Shown here: piece by piece, positions 18,584 through 28,251 of the stretch
How positions within the stretch are numbered: the first letter of the stretch is position 1
How the letters are laid out: the number at the start of each line of letters is the position of its first letter
Source: Candidatus Uhrbacteria bacterium
GTDB taxonomy: Bacteria; Patescibacteriota; Patescibacteriia; GWA2-47-26
DNA: 64,000 nucleotides
NCBI GenBank assembly: GCA_016187515.1
Contig: JACPJN010000006.1
Coordinates: 128,856-192,855 of the forward strand
Reading direction: 5' to 3'
The notes under the pieces: model-generated
The model's database searches: none
The model's input: the letters and a program-made list of their open reading frames with translations, nothing else
Told to the model about the DNA's origin: nothing
Made by a program: the position numbers and the translations under genes

Positions 18584-18745
18584 AGGGGCTGTTGCGCAGT
18601 GCGCTTTCGTAGCGAAAGGTAAGAATTTTGAGCGAGACAAAGCAAAAATTGCGAGGCATACACGGAGTGTCTGTTGAGCAATTTTTGCAAAGCCGCAGCC
18701 GAAATTCTTACCTTGCAGTAGAAATGGCACTGCGCAACAGCCCCT
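18584..18745. mobile_element. 162-bp MITE with 19-bp TIRs and TAA target duplication
   Basis: TAA-AGGGGCTGTTGCGCAGTGC...GCACTGCGCAACAGCCCCT-TAA; nested internal inverted repeats. Confidence 0.8.
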
Positions 18746-18843
18746 TAAACACTCTACCAGGTCTTGACGATTGCCGCAACAGCCCCATCATAGAAAAAAG
18801 GCGACCGTTACGATCGCCCTAAACACGCTGCCCTAAGCGCCGC

Positions 18844-19428
18844 TTACGGCGTCTCGCGGCAGGTTGCGATTGCAAACATCCCGCGCACAATGTTTTTGCA
18901 GGTCTCATCTTTCACCGCATCCGCATCTACCGAATACCTCTGCACTGTTGTCTGTGCCCGCGCGCACACTGCGTCCCTTCTGGCGATATCGGCAGCATCG
19001 CAAGCGCAAAGTAATTCCGCCCATCCTGCGCAGCCAACCGGAACGACCGCAAATGGATCAGCTTGAGGGACTGGTTTTGGCGCTTCTCGTACCGGCAAAG
19101 GCCCCTCCATCTGCGGCGCCGGTACAGCGCTAGGGGTCGGTGCCCGAGTTACGGTTTCTGGAGTCGCAACTGGCCGTCCTTTGATGCCTTCTGTCTTGAC
19201 CGTCAACTCAATACATTGCAAGCCCGGCACCCAGTAACTTTTCCACCCTTGAAATATCACGTCTTCTTCAATACACCGCTTTACCCAGACCTCACTGAAA
19301 ATAAGGAATGAGGTTGTGCCGGTCAGATAAACCTTGTCCTCATACCGCGCCACGCCGGTATAAGTCACACAGGATGACACCAGCAGTGCGGTTGTGGCAA
19401 AGAACAAATTCCTCCGCTTGGCATACAT
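18844..19428 (-). CDS. Hypothetical lipoprotein
   Basis: AGGAG SD before MYAKRR; lipobox VSSC; Pro-rich linker; Cys-rich C-terminus. Confidence 0.65.
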   Translation of the reverse strand: MYAKRRNLFFATTALLVSSCVTYTGVARYEDKVYLTGTTSFLIFSEVWVKRCIEEDVIFQGWKSYWVPGLQCIELTVKTEGIKGRPVATPETVTRAPTPSAVPAPQMEGPLPVREAPKPVPQADPFAVVPVGCAGWAELLCACDAADIARRDAVCARAQTTVQRYSVDADAVKDETCKNIVRGMFAIATCRETP

Positions 19429-19676
19429 GCGTTTTCTCCTTTTTGCGCGGTTTAACGTTTGCGCGGTTTCACGCCCTATATTAATAACATATCCGCCGCG
19501 CTCTGTCAAGAATGTTTTCAAAAAAGCGAGGAATTTCTCCCCCTGCCCGAGGGGGAGATAAAGAGGGGGTGGGAGCCCAAAATGCCATTAGGAGAACCGT
19601 GTTTTGCGTATGATCCAAACAAACCCGGTTTACCCCGTTAGCAGCAGATCGCGATTCGCGAGCGCGGCTTCTAACG

Positions 19677-19708
19677 GGTAAATGCAGTGCGGCCGCACTG
19701 CATTTACC
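19677..19708. repeat. Perfect 32-bp palindrome GGTAAATGCAGTGCGGCCGCACTGCATTTACC
   Basis: Self-complementary; imperfect copies at 27236-27267 and 28037-28068. Confidence 0.9.
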
Positions 19709-19879
19709 GTTTGTTATTTTCTGTAAATTTTTGTTTTCCTGAATCACGGCTTCTTAAAAAAAGACCGCACGACCCTAAGAAAGGTGTGCGGGGCCCGCGC
19801 GAGAACGCACGCGCAGGCAAGATCGTCTCCGCCACTTCGAGGCGGCTTTCGCCTCTTCGGGGCGGGTTTGCGGAAAGAG

Positions 19880-22768
19880 CTATGGCGTGTATCGCCCGCC
19901 ACTATCAATAAACAGGTTACAGTAAACATTGCAGCCGCCCCAAATGATCATTTCTGATCCTGTCCAAACCGCAGTATGACCGCGACGAGCAGCGGGGGCA
20001 CCCATACTTGACACTGGTAACCAGCTGTTGCCTGTAGGACTATAACGCCCACCGCTACCAAGCACATAGTTATCCCATGTGCCGGGACCATCGAAGTAAC
20101 CGCCCCATACCAACATTGCTGACCCGCTCCATACTGCGGTGTGATCAGAACGCCCGGATGGCGTGTCATCCGTAATTGAGGTCGGACTCCAAGTATTCGC
20201 GGGTGGATTGTATCGCCCGCCAGTGTTGAAGTAAACCCATGAGAAAGGGGGGCCTGCTCCATCCCCACCCCATACAATCATCTCTGCTCCGGTCCAGACA
20301 GCGGTAAACCCATCTCGTTGAGACGGTGCCCCGCTTATGTACATAGGAATCCATGAATTGGTCGTAGGACGATATCGTCCTTGCGCACAAAGTTCTCCCC
20401 TCCAACTACAGAGTGTGCCACCCCAGAGAATCATTTCGGAGCCGGTCCAAACCGCAGTGTATCCTTCTCCGCCACTCGTGGGTGCATTTTGATCGGTAGA
20501 AGTGGTCGAAGTTGCGGTCCAAGTATTTGTAGTAGGATTATATCTTCCACCGCTTAAAAGGTATCTTTCACCAAAGCCGCCGTCTCCGCCCCACACAATC
20601 ATTTCCGACCCAGTCCACACGCTCACATGTAAATACCGTGCAGATGGAGCATTAAATGTGCTTGTCGGTATCCATGCCTCCAGATCTGGATCATAGCGTC
20701 CTCCAGTGTTGACTGGATCGCTCAACCAATCTTCTCCGCCCCAAACGATCATTTCTGATCCTGTCCAAACCGCAGTATGACTTGCAGACCCTGCCGGAGC
20801 ATCTACTGTGGTCACAGGATTCCATGAGTCTGCTACAGGATCGTACTTCCATCCTGTATTGGTAGTGAAGAATTCATCCTGTAAAAAGCCGCCCCAGACA
20901 ATCATCTCTGCTCCGGTCCAGACCGCAGTATGGCGGATGCGACCACCTGACGACGGTGATTGTGGCTGAAGCGCCATGGACCGCCAACAGTCTGACGCTC
21001 CATTGTCATCCTCGCCGTCGCAATCGTCATCCAACCCGTTGCAGACCTCGATGCTGTCTGGCGTGTAATCCGAACAGGTGACACTGCCGTCCGGAGCGCA
21101 GATGATCAGGCCCTCCAAACAGCTGTCGCTGTCAGGACCGTCACACGCCGTGCCTAGGCCGAGACCTTCGTCTCTCGCGCCGTCGCAGTCGTTATCGAGC
21201 TCGTCGCAACGCTCGGTAGATCCCGGATGGATTGATCCATCCGCGTCATTACAGTCGGTCCCGCCAATACAGGTCGCCGCGAAAAACCCGTCGTTATCGG
21301 CATCCAGCGTCAAGGTCTGCCGACAACCGGTCGGAGCGCACCGATCGGTTGTGCAGACGGATCCATCATCACAGCGCTCGTGCACGGCCACGGTAGAGCA
21401 AGTCCGCGCCGCTTCAAAGCACAGGTCAATGGTGCAGGCCACGCCGTCGTTGCAGACCACGGGCGCACCCATTGCGCATACTCCGGCGATGCAGACCTCT
21501 TGCCCGTCGCAGAAAATGCCGTTGTCGCAGGAAACGTGCGCGTCTGCGTCATCCACTAGGCCATTGCAGTCGTTATCTTGGCCATCGCAGACCTCTTCAG
21601 CATCCGGGTTGATGTATGGATTATCGTCCGCACAGTCATTTCCGCCGGCGCAAGAAGCAGAGAAAAAGCCATCACGGTCGGCGTCCAGGGTCAGCGCATT
21701 GCGGCAGCCAGTTGGAGTGCAGCGATCTTCGGTGCAGGAATTGCTATCGTTGCACAACCCATGGGCAGCCACGGTGGAACACGCGCGCGCTGCTTCAAAG
21801 CAAAGGTCAATGGTGCAGGCCACGCCGTCGTTGCAGATAACTGGCTCGCCGAGCGCGCACACGCCACCCACGCACTGCTCTTGACCATCGCAGAAAATGC
21901 CGTTGTCGCAGGAGGTCGCGGCTTCGCCATCATCAACTGCGCCATTGCAGTCATTGTCTTGGCCGTCGCAGATCTCGGGACGCGGAAGGCCGGCTGGCGG
22001 GGCAGTGCAATCCAGGGACTCGCCATCGTCGCTGCAGACCCATTCGCCAGTGGTGCGGCAAGCGCCAATGCTTATGGCGCACTCCGCGCCAAGGCCAACC
22101 TCCAGAAACGGCTCGTCTGCCGCGCCGGAACAGTTGTCGTCAATACCGTTACACAGCTCAAGCGCGTCCGGGTGCACGTTTGGATTGTCATCATCGCAGT
22201 CGCCCTGGGCAATCGTGTAACCGTCGCGGTCGCCATCAGTATATGGCTGCGGGGGGCAAGTGGCCCAAAGTGCGTTTGGGCCGCAACCGCCGGCATAGTC
22301 CGGCGGGTCGCCGTAGGGATTAACCCGCACTCCATCAGGATCCTGCACCTCGAAATGGAGATGGGGACCGGTGGAAAAACCGGAATTGTCCGAAAGTGCG
22401 ATTTGTTGGCCAGCTTCAACTTGCTCACCTTCGCGAACTCCGATAGAGTTTCCCGTAAGGTGCGCGTAGATGGTCAAATAGCTGTTTTCATGGCGGATGC
22501 GGATATGGTTGCCCAAACCATCCTTCAGATTCGGTCGATCAGGATAGCGGCGTTCTACTCGCACCACCTCGCCATCAGCAGCAGCCAGGATTGGCGTGCC
22601 ATGGGGTGCACGGTAATCGATGGCGCCATGACACCGGCCCTGAATAGGGTAGTCACGACAGCAGAAGTCACAAGTGAGTGCGCGAGATTCCTCGAATGGT
22701 AGATAGAGAAATTGCTCTGCATGAGCAACTCGCACGACCAACAGTGCAAGGATGATATTTCGACTCAT
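19880..22768 (-). CDS. Secreted M23 peptidase + MopE-like/Cys-rich repeats + Kelch-like propeller
   Basis: HGAID, YAHL, STGPHLHFEV; DNDCNG repeats; six TAVWTG.EMI.WGG-type blades. Confidence 0.88.
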   Translation of the reverse strand: MSRNIILALLVVRVAHAEQFLYLPFEESRALTCDFCCRDYPIQGRCHGAIDYRAPHGTPILAAADGEVVRVERRYPDRPNLKDGLGNHIRIRHENSYLTIYAHLTGNSIGVREGEQVEAGQQIALSDNSGFSTGPHLHFEVQDPDGVRVNPYGDPPDYAGGCGPNALWATCPPQPYTDGDRDGYTIAQGDCDDDNPNVHPDALELCNGIDDNCSGAADEPFLEVGLGAECAISIGACRTTGEWVCSDDGESLDCTAPPAGLPRPEICDGQDNDCNGAVDDGEAATSCDNGIFCDGQEQCVGGVCALGEPVICNDGVACTIDLCFEAARACSTVAAHGLCNDSNSCTEDRCTPTGCRNALTLDADRDGFFSASCAGGNDCADDNPYINPDAEEVCDGQDNDCNGLVDDADAHVSCDNGIFCDGQEVCIAGVCAMGAPVVCNDGVACTIDLCFEAARTCSTVAVHERCDDGSVCTTDRCAPTGCRQTLTLDADNDGFFAATCIGGTDCNDADGSIHPGSTERCDELDNDCDGARDEGLGLGTACDGPDSDSCLEGLIICAPDGSVTCSDYTPDSIEVCNGLDDDCDGEDDNGASDCWRSMALQPQSPSSGGRIRHTAVWTGAEMIVWGGFLQDEFFTTNTGWKYDPVADSWNPVTTVDAPAGSASHTAVWTGSEMIVWGGEDWLSDPVNTGGRYDPDLEAWIPTSTFNAPSARYLHVSVWTGSEMIVWGGDGGFGERYLLSGGRYNPTTNTWTATSTTSTDQNAPTSGGEGYTAVWTGSEMILWGGTLCSWRGELCAQGRYRPTTNSWIPMYISGAPSQRDGFTAVWTGAEMIVWGGDGAGPPFSWVYFNTGGRYNPPANTWSPTSITDDTPSGRSDHTAVWSGSAMLVWGGYFDGPGTWDNYVLGSGGRYSPTGNSWLPVSSMGAPAARRGHTAVWTGSEMIIWGGCNVYCNLFIDSGGRYTP

Positions 22769-23466
22769 TAACGCACCTCCGTTGCAAAGGAAGCAGCAAT
22801 GGTCTCTAGCTCTACAACTTTTGGATTGCCAGAGATTGAGTACACGCTGCCATTCGCCTCTGTGATGTATGTTTCGGACACATCATCAATAAGTTCACTG
22901 ATATAGCGCACTCTGGTAAACATCGTCCCACCTATAATTACCTGCGATTGAGATTCGATACCATCGATATATTTGATTTCTTCATTAATACTTCCTGCTC
23001 GCACTACCTCAATCGTGAGTGGGTACGGCGGATCAGAATGTAGCAATGGTGTGAACGGTTCCGGGTTTAACACCACGATGTGGACATTCGCATCACCTAT
23101 CGCGTCGAAAGGAAGCTCTGCATAGTACCACCCCTCCGGATACGCCAACTGCGCAATTCCCCAGGCCGGATTGCGGTACACTTGCCATCCTTCCGGAATC
23201 ACACTGCCGGAATCCGGCGCGCCAGCGTCCGCGCGTTCCTCTTTTACATCTTCAGCTTCCCTCTCGGCTTCTGCTCCAGCATCGGCCGATTCCGCCGCCG
23301 GGGTCTGGGTCAGCACTTTTTCCTTGCAGCCCAGCCCCAAAAGCGCAAACGCGACAAACACGGTCATTAACTTGTCAATGAACCCGCCTCTCCCACCGAC
23401 GTTCATGCCTCCGTCCCGACCGTGGTCGGGACTCGGACTTTTCTCCTCGCTTTGAGTATAGTGCAT
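22768..23466 (-). CDS. Lipoprotein (PsbP-like C-domain suspected), translationally coupled to the M23 gene
   Basis: Lipobox LGLGC; WQVYRNPAWG...YPEGW; TAATG overlap; true start may be internal (MTVFV). Confidence 0.7.
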   Translation of the reverse strand: MHYTQSEEKSPSPDHGRDGGMNVGGRGGFIDKLMTVFVAFALLGLGCKEKVLTQTPAAESADAGAEAEREAEDVKEERADAGAPDSGSVIPEGWQVYRNPAWGIAQLAYPEGWYYAELPFDAIGDANVHIVVLNPEPFTPLLHSDPPYPLTIEVVRAGSINEEIKYIDGIESQSQVIIGGTMFTRVRYISELIDDVSETYITEANGSVYSISGNPKVVELETIAASFATEVR

Positions 23467-23513
23467 ATATGATAATTTGACAATTAGCTTCGCGATAATT
23501 GGTGATTCGATAA

Positions 23514-23921
23514 TTAGCCGCTTAGCGGCGATGATTTGCGATTGGTATTGATTTGTTTGCGTTGGTAATGCGCCTCAATATAGCGATTAAGTTTGGGCGC
23601 CAATCCCTGTATCATTCCGTTACACTTCTGAAAAAATGCTTCCGCTATTATACCGCGCTCTTTCATAAGCCCCAACCAATGCAGTGTTTCATAAAGAGAA
23701 CCCCGTGCATTATATAAAAATTTTATTTTGTCTAGATAGTGAAACCTCCCATGGGCTTCTGCAATATTCGCGCCTACCGAATCAATCGCGGTAATCCACT
23801 GATCCCCGATAATTTTTCTTGTATGCCATTCAAATGTTTTAAATGTGTTCCAACTTTCGCGCGATAATTCCCGTGCAATATTGTAGACCTCAATTTTATG
23901 CAAATTAATTTCCCCCTGCAT
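23514..23921 (-). CDS. Four-helix-bundle protein (IVP family)
   Basis: IGDQWITAIDSVGANIAEAHGRFHYLDKIKFLYNARGSLYET. Confidence 0.9.
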   Translation of the reverse strand: MQGEINLHKIEVYNIARELSRESWNTFKTFEWHTRKIIGDQWITAIDSVGANIAEAHGRFHYLDKIKFLYNARGSLYETLHWLGLMKERGIIAEAFFQKCNGMIQGLAPKLNRYIEAHYQRKQINTNRKSSPLSG

Positions 23922-24021
23922 ATAAATTCAATTCTCCTATCATCCAATCACCCAATCTCGTCGGCTCCGCCGACCAATTATCGTTCGCGAAGCGAACAAA
24001 TTATCCAATTATCCAATCATC

Positions 24022-25797
24022 TCAATGCCTCGGCAACTCCACTCCTTTGCCGCCTTCGCCCATCTCTTCCGCCGAGAGCGGCGGGGGGCCGGAAAGCGGG
24101 AGTATAAAAATAAATGTTGAGCCCTGGCCGCGGCCGGGCGACTCGGCCCAGATTTTTCCGCCGTGTTTGTCAATAAACATTTTTGCAACGTGCAGACCCA
24201 GCCCGCTGCCCTCAATCGGCTCGCCTTCGCGCCGGCGCATCGTTCCGCTCGCCGCGCGCCTGAATTTTTGGAACAGCACCGCGATATCTTCCGGCTCCAA
24301 ACCGAGTCCAGTATCCTTCACACTCACCTTCACCCACCCTTGCGAATTATCTAATTGTCTAATCATCGAATTATCCAATTCACACGTTACAGTAATCGAT
24401 CCCTTCATCGTATACTTTATCGCATTATCAATAAGATTGACAATCACATGCCGCATTTTTTCCTCATCAAATTTAACCAGCGGAATCCCCTCCAATTTTC
24501 CCCTCTTTTCCAAGGAGGTTTTCCTCCCCTGCCCGAGGGGAGGCGAGGAAGGGTGGGAGGGGGTGGTTCGACCACCCTCAAACGTCAATTTCAACTTTTT
24601 CTGCGCCGCGCGCGGCTGATATTCCTCCACAATATCTTTGACCAACGCGCACAAATCCTGCTCTTTGAAATTATATTTCATCTTGCCCAACTCAATACGC
24701 GAAACATTCAAATACTCACCAATAAGATTTATAAGCCGCGTCGCGCTTTCCGCCATTTTTTTCATGGCATCAATCTGCCGCTGATCTTTAACCTCACCAA
24801 ACGTACCATCAAGCATAGCCGCCAGCCCCAACCGCACCACAGTTAACGGACTGCGCAACTGATGTGAGGCCATAGACAAGAAATCTGTCTTGGCCTGATC
24901 CAACTCCTGGAGCTTCGCATACGCCACCTCCAACTCATTCTTCAACCTCTCCATCTCCTCACGACGATCTACCTCACGAATAACACTTCGTATCAAAAGA
25001 TAACCAAAATAAAGAAACAGTACGAGCACTATGCTTCGGAGGAATGCCTCGAATCTCGTCTGTGAGAAAAATAACTGGAAAAACAGTACAATAAATATGG
25101 CAAATACTAGCACCTCCGTGGCAATGACCTTAATACGCAAAAGTTGATAGCGAAATACTCCTATCGCAACAAAGGTGGCAAACAATGGTACACTGAAGTT
25201 TAAAATAGGATATACATCTATCTCAAAGACCGGAAAAAATGATGGGGTACCACCCGCAAAACCAAGCCCAGCGCCTAAAAGAACGTATAGTATTTGTGTT
25301 CGTTTAGGTTCGACACTCTTCAAAAATGCCCTTACCAACCAATAATGGGCCATCAAAACTGCAACTACAAAGTAAGCAGTAAATGCAGAGTATAAAATGG
25401 TGGGTGGCGAATCATAGTAAAATTGTCCGAATGTGTAACGCACACAACAAATAAGAGCGCCAGTTAAGTTAGTCAATCCAAAAAGGATAGCTAGGGTGTA
25501 ATTTATTAATACAAGAAATCCTCGCTTCTTCTTATCGATAAAAACAAGCACGAAGTGAAAAAGAAAAGCCGGGATCATAATGACCCCAACGTGTGTAAGT
25601 CGCCATAAGAACAACGACTGTGACGGATCTTGTTCACGCGCGATAAAAAATCCCCCGATACCCCATAAGGAAACCACAAATGTAAACAAGGCAAGGAGCC
25701 AACGATCCTTTTCTCGTTGGGCATTGATAGCAATTAAGATGGCTAACGGGATAGAAATAACCGCTATCAAAATGCCATTCACAGCAAAAGCATTCAT
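24022..25797 (-). CDS. Multi-TM sensor histidine kinase with two repeat-derived inserts
   Basis: ASHQLRSPL, NLIDNAIKY, DTGLG, GSGLGL; N-terminal TM region. Confidence 0.93.
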   Translation of the reverse strand: MNAFAVNGILIAVISIPLAILIAINAQREKDRWLLALFTFVVSLWGIGGFFIAREQDPSQSLFLWRLTHVGVIMIPAFLFHFVLVFIDKKKRGFLVLINYTLAILFGLTNLTGALICCVRYTFGQFYYDSPPTILYSAFTAYFVVAVLMAHYWLVRAFLKSVEPKRTQILYVLLGAGLGFAGGTPSFFPVFEIDVYPILNFSVPLFATFVAIGVFRYQLLRIKVIATEVLVFAIFIVLFFQLFFSQTRFEAFLRSIVLVLFLYFGYLLIRSVIREVDRREEMERLKNELEVAYAKLQELDQAKTDFLSMASHQLRSPLTVVRLGLAAMLDGTFGEVKDQRQIDAMKKMAESATRLINLIGEYLNVSRIELGKMKYNFKEQDLCALVKDIVEEYQPRAAQKKLKLTFEGGRTTPSHPSSPPLGQGRKTSLEKRGKLEGIPLVKFDEEKMRHVIVNLIDNAIKYTMKGSITVTCELDNSMIRQLDNSQGWVKVSVKDTGLGLEPEDIAVLFQKFRRAASGTMRRREGEPIEGSGLGLHVAKMFIDKHGGKIWAESPGRGQGSTFIFILPLSGPPPLSAEEMGEGGKGVELPRH

Positions 25798-25891
25798 ATT
25801 GAAATATTATACCACCTATACACAATAAAAAAAAGAAGACCCGCCCCTCTTCTGAGCGAGTCGAAATCGATCTATTGTTGATTTTTATACC

Positions 25892-27007
25892 CTAGCGTCT
25901 ATCGACCGGCTTGAAACGACACTTCAGAGCCGGCTCGAGAAGACGGCGCACTTCATCCGGACCAATTCGCGGCACCTTCTCCATGTCATAGAACCGCCCC
26001 ATCTCGTCGGTACGGAAACGACGCTGCTCTCCAACGTATCCCAAGAATGGTCGTACCGCTGCCTTAATCAGGGTTTCGGTTGGACTAAGTTCGTCCGATG
26101 CTTCAGGTGAATTCGATAGGACGATTCTGCCTCCCGTGATTCCCATCGCTTCAAAACTATGCCGAACAAGCGGCTCGTAGCGAGGGCCTTCCGGGTGCGT
26201 CGCGTGAAAAACGCCTCCCCCACTGCGAGGATCATCAGCGAGTGCGGCAATCATCTCAACAAGGTTATCAATGGGGATGAGGTTGATCTCTGCTTCCGGG
26301 TCCCCGGGAATCCTCATGCCCTCGAGATCAAGATGGCCACCGTCAGATTTCATCTGACGCTTGAGCCATGCAAAACCCTTGAAGTAGCCGTAGTAGCCAG
26401 CGAAAGTCACCGGGACACTCCCATCCCATCCAGCTCCCAACGATCCAACTACGATTGAGGGTCGAACGATGGTTACACTATCGCCGAGCAATGCGCTCAC
26501 CGCGTGTTCACCCTCTATCTTCGAGAGTTCGTACCCGTTGTGCACACCGTGGCCACTGGAGACCATCTTTTCCTCGATCCACCCCGTAGAACTGCCGCAC
26601 ACGTATGCGGTTGAGATATGGACGAACCGACCCCATCCCAGATCGCGAGCCATGTGGGCCACCCGTTGACTCCCGAGGTAGTTGATCTCCATGTTGAGGG
26701 GATCTTCGTCCTCGAACTTGATGTGTCCAGCGGAGTGGACGATGAAATCAATGGCACCCTTGAGCCGATCGTACCAGGTCTTCGTGAGGCCGATGTCGTC
26801 CATCGTCACGTCACCAGGCACCACGTGCAGAGTACCATTACGCCACCTCTCGGTAGGATCGAGACTCGCCAGAGCTCGTTCAACACGAGTGGGATCTCCG
26901 CCACGACACAATGCGAACACGGTGTGCCCTTGCTGGAGGTAGTGAACCGCCACGCCAGCACCGACGAAACCGGTTGTTCCAGTCACAAACACGTTTTTCT
27001 TTTCCAT
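25892..27007 (-). CDS. Extended SDR/NAD-binding (male-sterility/thioester reductase-like) oxidoreductase
   Basis: TGTTGFVG, HISTAYV, YELSK, RPSIVVG; GGAGG SD before MEKK. Confidence 0.88.
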   Translation of the reverse strand: MEKKNVFVTGTTGFVGAGVAVHYLQQGHTVFALCRGGDPTRVERALASLDPTERWRNGTLHVVPGDVTMDDIGLTKTWYDRLKGAIDFIVHSAGHIKFEDEDPLNMEINYLGSQRVAHMARDLGWGRFVHISTAYVCGSSTGWIEEKMVSSGHGVHNGYELSKIEGEHAVSALLGDSVTIVRPSIVVGSLGAGWDGSVPVTFAGYYGYFKGFAWLKRQMKSDGGHLDLEGMRIPGDPEAEINLIPIDNLVEMIAALADDPRSGGGVFHATHPEGPRYEPLVRHSFEAMGITGGRIVLSNSPEASDELSPTETLIKAAVRPFLGYVGEQRRFRTDEMGRFYDMEKVPRIGPDEVRRLLEPALKCRFKPVDRR

Positions 27008-27235
27008 TGTCTCCTCCCCATCGGGATTGTTAAGTTGTTGATGAACCAACTTCCTCCTAACCTCTCCTCCTACCCCATTAAAGCACAAAATGGGGCTTTT
27101 GTCAAGTTTTGCACACGATGAACGCATCGAGGGGCGATGGGACCCCACACCGCCCGCCGGGGCGCCGGATTGACCACGCCAGAAAGATTGCGAAGGAAAC
27201 CATCGCAAAAACCTCCGCCACCCTCAACCAAATAC

Positions 27236-27267
27236 GGTAAATGCAGTGCGGCCGCACTTTGTTTACC
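27236..27267. repeat. Palindrome copy upstream of the PaaX/Cas2-like gene
   Basis: GGTAAATGCAGTGCGGCCGCACTTTGTTTACC. Confidence 0.85.
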
Positions 27268-27397
27268 ACAATGGGATTTACTTGACAAAATTCCGGTGGC
27301 CAACTTTTGTGCGGTAGGGTACAATTAAATTGGTACGCTAGACCAGGACAGCGCGCGGACAGTAAGGAACCCCGATCTCAGCGCGTCCATAAATAGT

Positions 27398-27967
27398 ATG
27401 CCCAGAAAAAAGAAAAACCCATCCTCGAAGTTGCGCGAGCGGCTGACCGAGGCGCGCTGCTGCTTGCAAGAACTCGCCGGAATGCTGCACTGGGCCTGCT
27501 CCGCTAAAAATTACATCCCTTATGGACTCTATCAAGAAACCAAACGCGAGCAACTGCATAAGGAGCAGCGTGAACAACTGCAATATCTAAAGCGGAGGAA
27601 ACTCATCGAGATAGCAAAGATTGGAAAACGCCTGAACGTGCGTCTCACGGACAAGGGATGGACCGCGGCGCTTCGGGATAAAATCAAAACCACCAAAACG
27701 CGATGCAAAAGTGGACGCTGTTTTCTTCTTTTTGACATTCCGGAAAAAGAACGCGCCGTGCGCAACGTACTCCGCCAATTTCTCAAAGAGTGCGGATTCA
27801 TCCATCTGCAGCACAGCGTTTGGATGACCGATCGCGACGTAATCGAACCATTGCGTACACTGCTCCAGCGCAGAAAACTCGAGCGCTGGATTCGTATCAT
27901 TGTAGGCGATATTGTGGCCGCCTCTCCTCTTGACCGGCTCGTTATCCGTCAAAACTACCGCCGCTAA
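27398..27967 (+). CDS. PaaX-like protein (wHTH + Cas2-like domain)
   Basis: VRLTDKG, then FDIPEKER...LR.FLKECGFIHLQHSVW. Confidence 0.8.
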   Translation: MPRKKKNPSSKLRERLTEARCCLQELAGMLHWACSAKNYIPYGLYQETKREQLHKEQREQLQYLKRRKLIEIAKIGKRLNVRLTDKGWTAALRDKIKTTKTRCKSGRCFLLFDIPEKERAVRNVLRQFLKECGFIHLQHSVWMTDRDVIEPLRTLLQRRKLERWIRIIVGDIVAASPLDRLVIRQNYRR

Positions 27968-28036
27968 GGGGACTGCTCCGCTGTACTCGCCTATCACACC
28001 AGCGTAAACCCTCAAGATAAACCCTCAAACAAACAC

Positions 28037-28068
28037 GGTAAATACAGTGCGGCCGCACGTTATTTACC
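28037..28068. repeat. Palindrome copy downstream of the PaaX/Cas2-like gene
   Basis: GGTAAATACAGTGCGGCCGCACGTTATTTACC. Confidence 0.85.
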
Positions 28069-28251
28069 GTTTATTTTTGACGGCAAGTTTTTGTTTTATG
28101 GTTTTATGGAAAGTACTCCAATCCGATTCTTGGTTATCCTGAATAACTCAATAAAAAGAAAAAAGCCCACGTGTGTTCAAGACACGCAGGCCAGAGCGTA
28201 CCGCCGCGAAAAGGCGGCTTCCCGCCTCCTCGTGGCGGGTTTGCAAAAGAG

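Noticed and set aside
21078-22702. Long + strand ORFs over the Cys-rich genes (also 32215-34808 and 59644-61287)
   Set aside because: Antisense shadows of GC-rich repetitive genes, with no recognisable motifs.
27236-28068. CRISPR-Cas locus suggested by the Cas2-like domain and palindromic repeats
   Set aside because: Only three widely spaced copies, no spacer-sized periodicity and no other cas genes.
28176-28251. Cyclic-di-GMP-I riboswitch in the conserved 3' element (GCAAACC start)
   Set aside because: The remaining consensus (GAAA tetraloop, ACGCAAAG) is not matched, and it lies 3' of genes.
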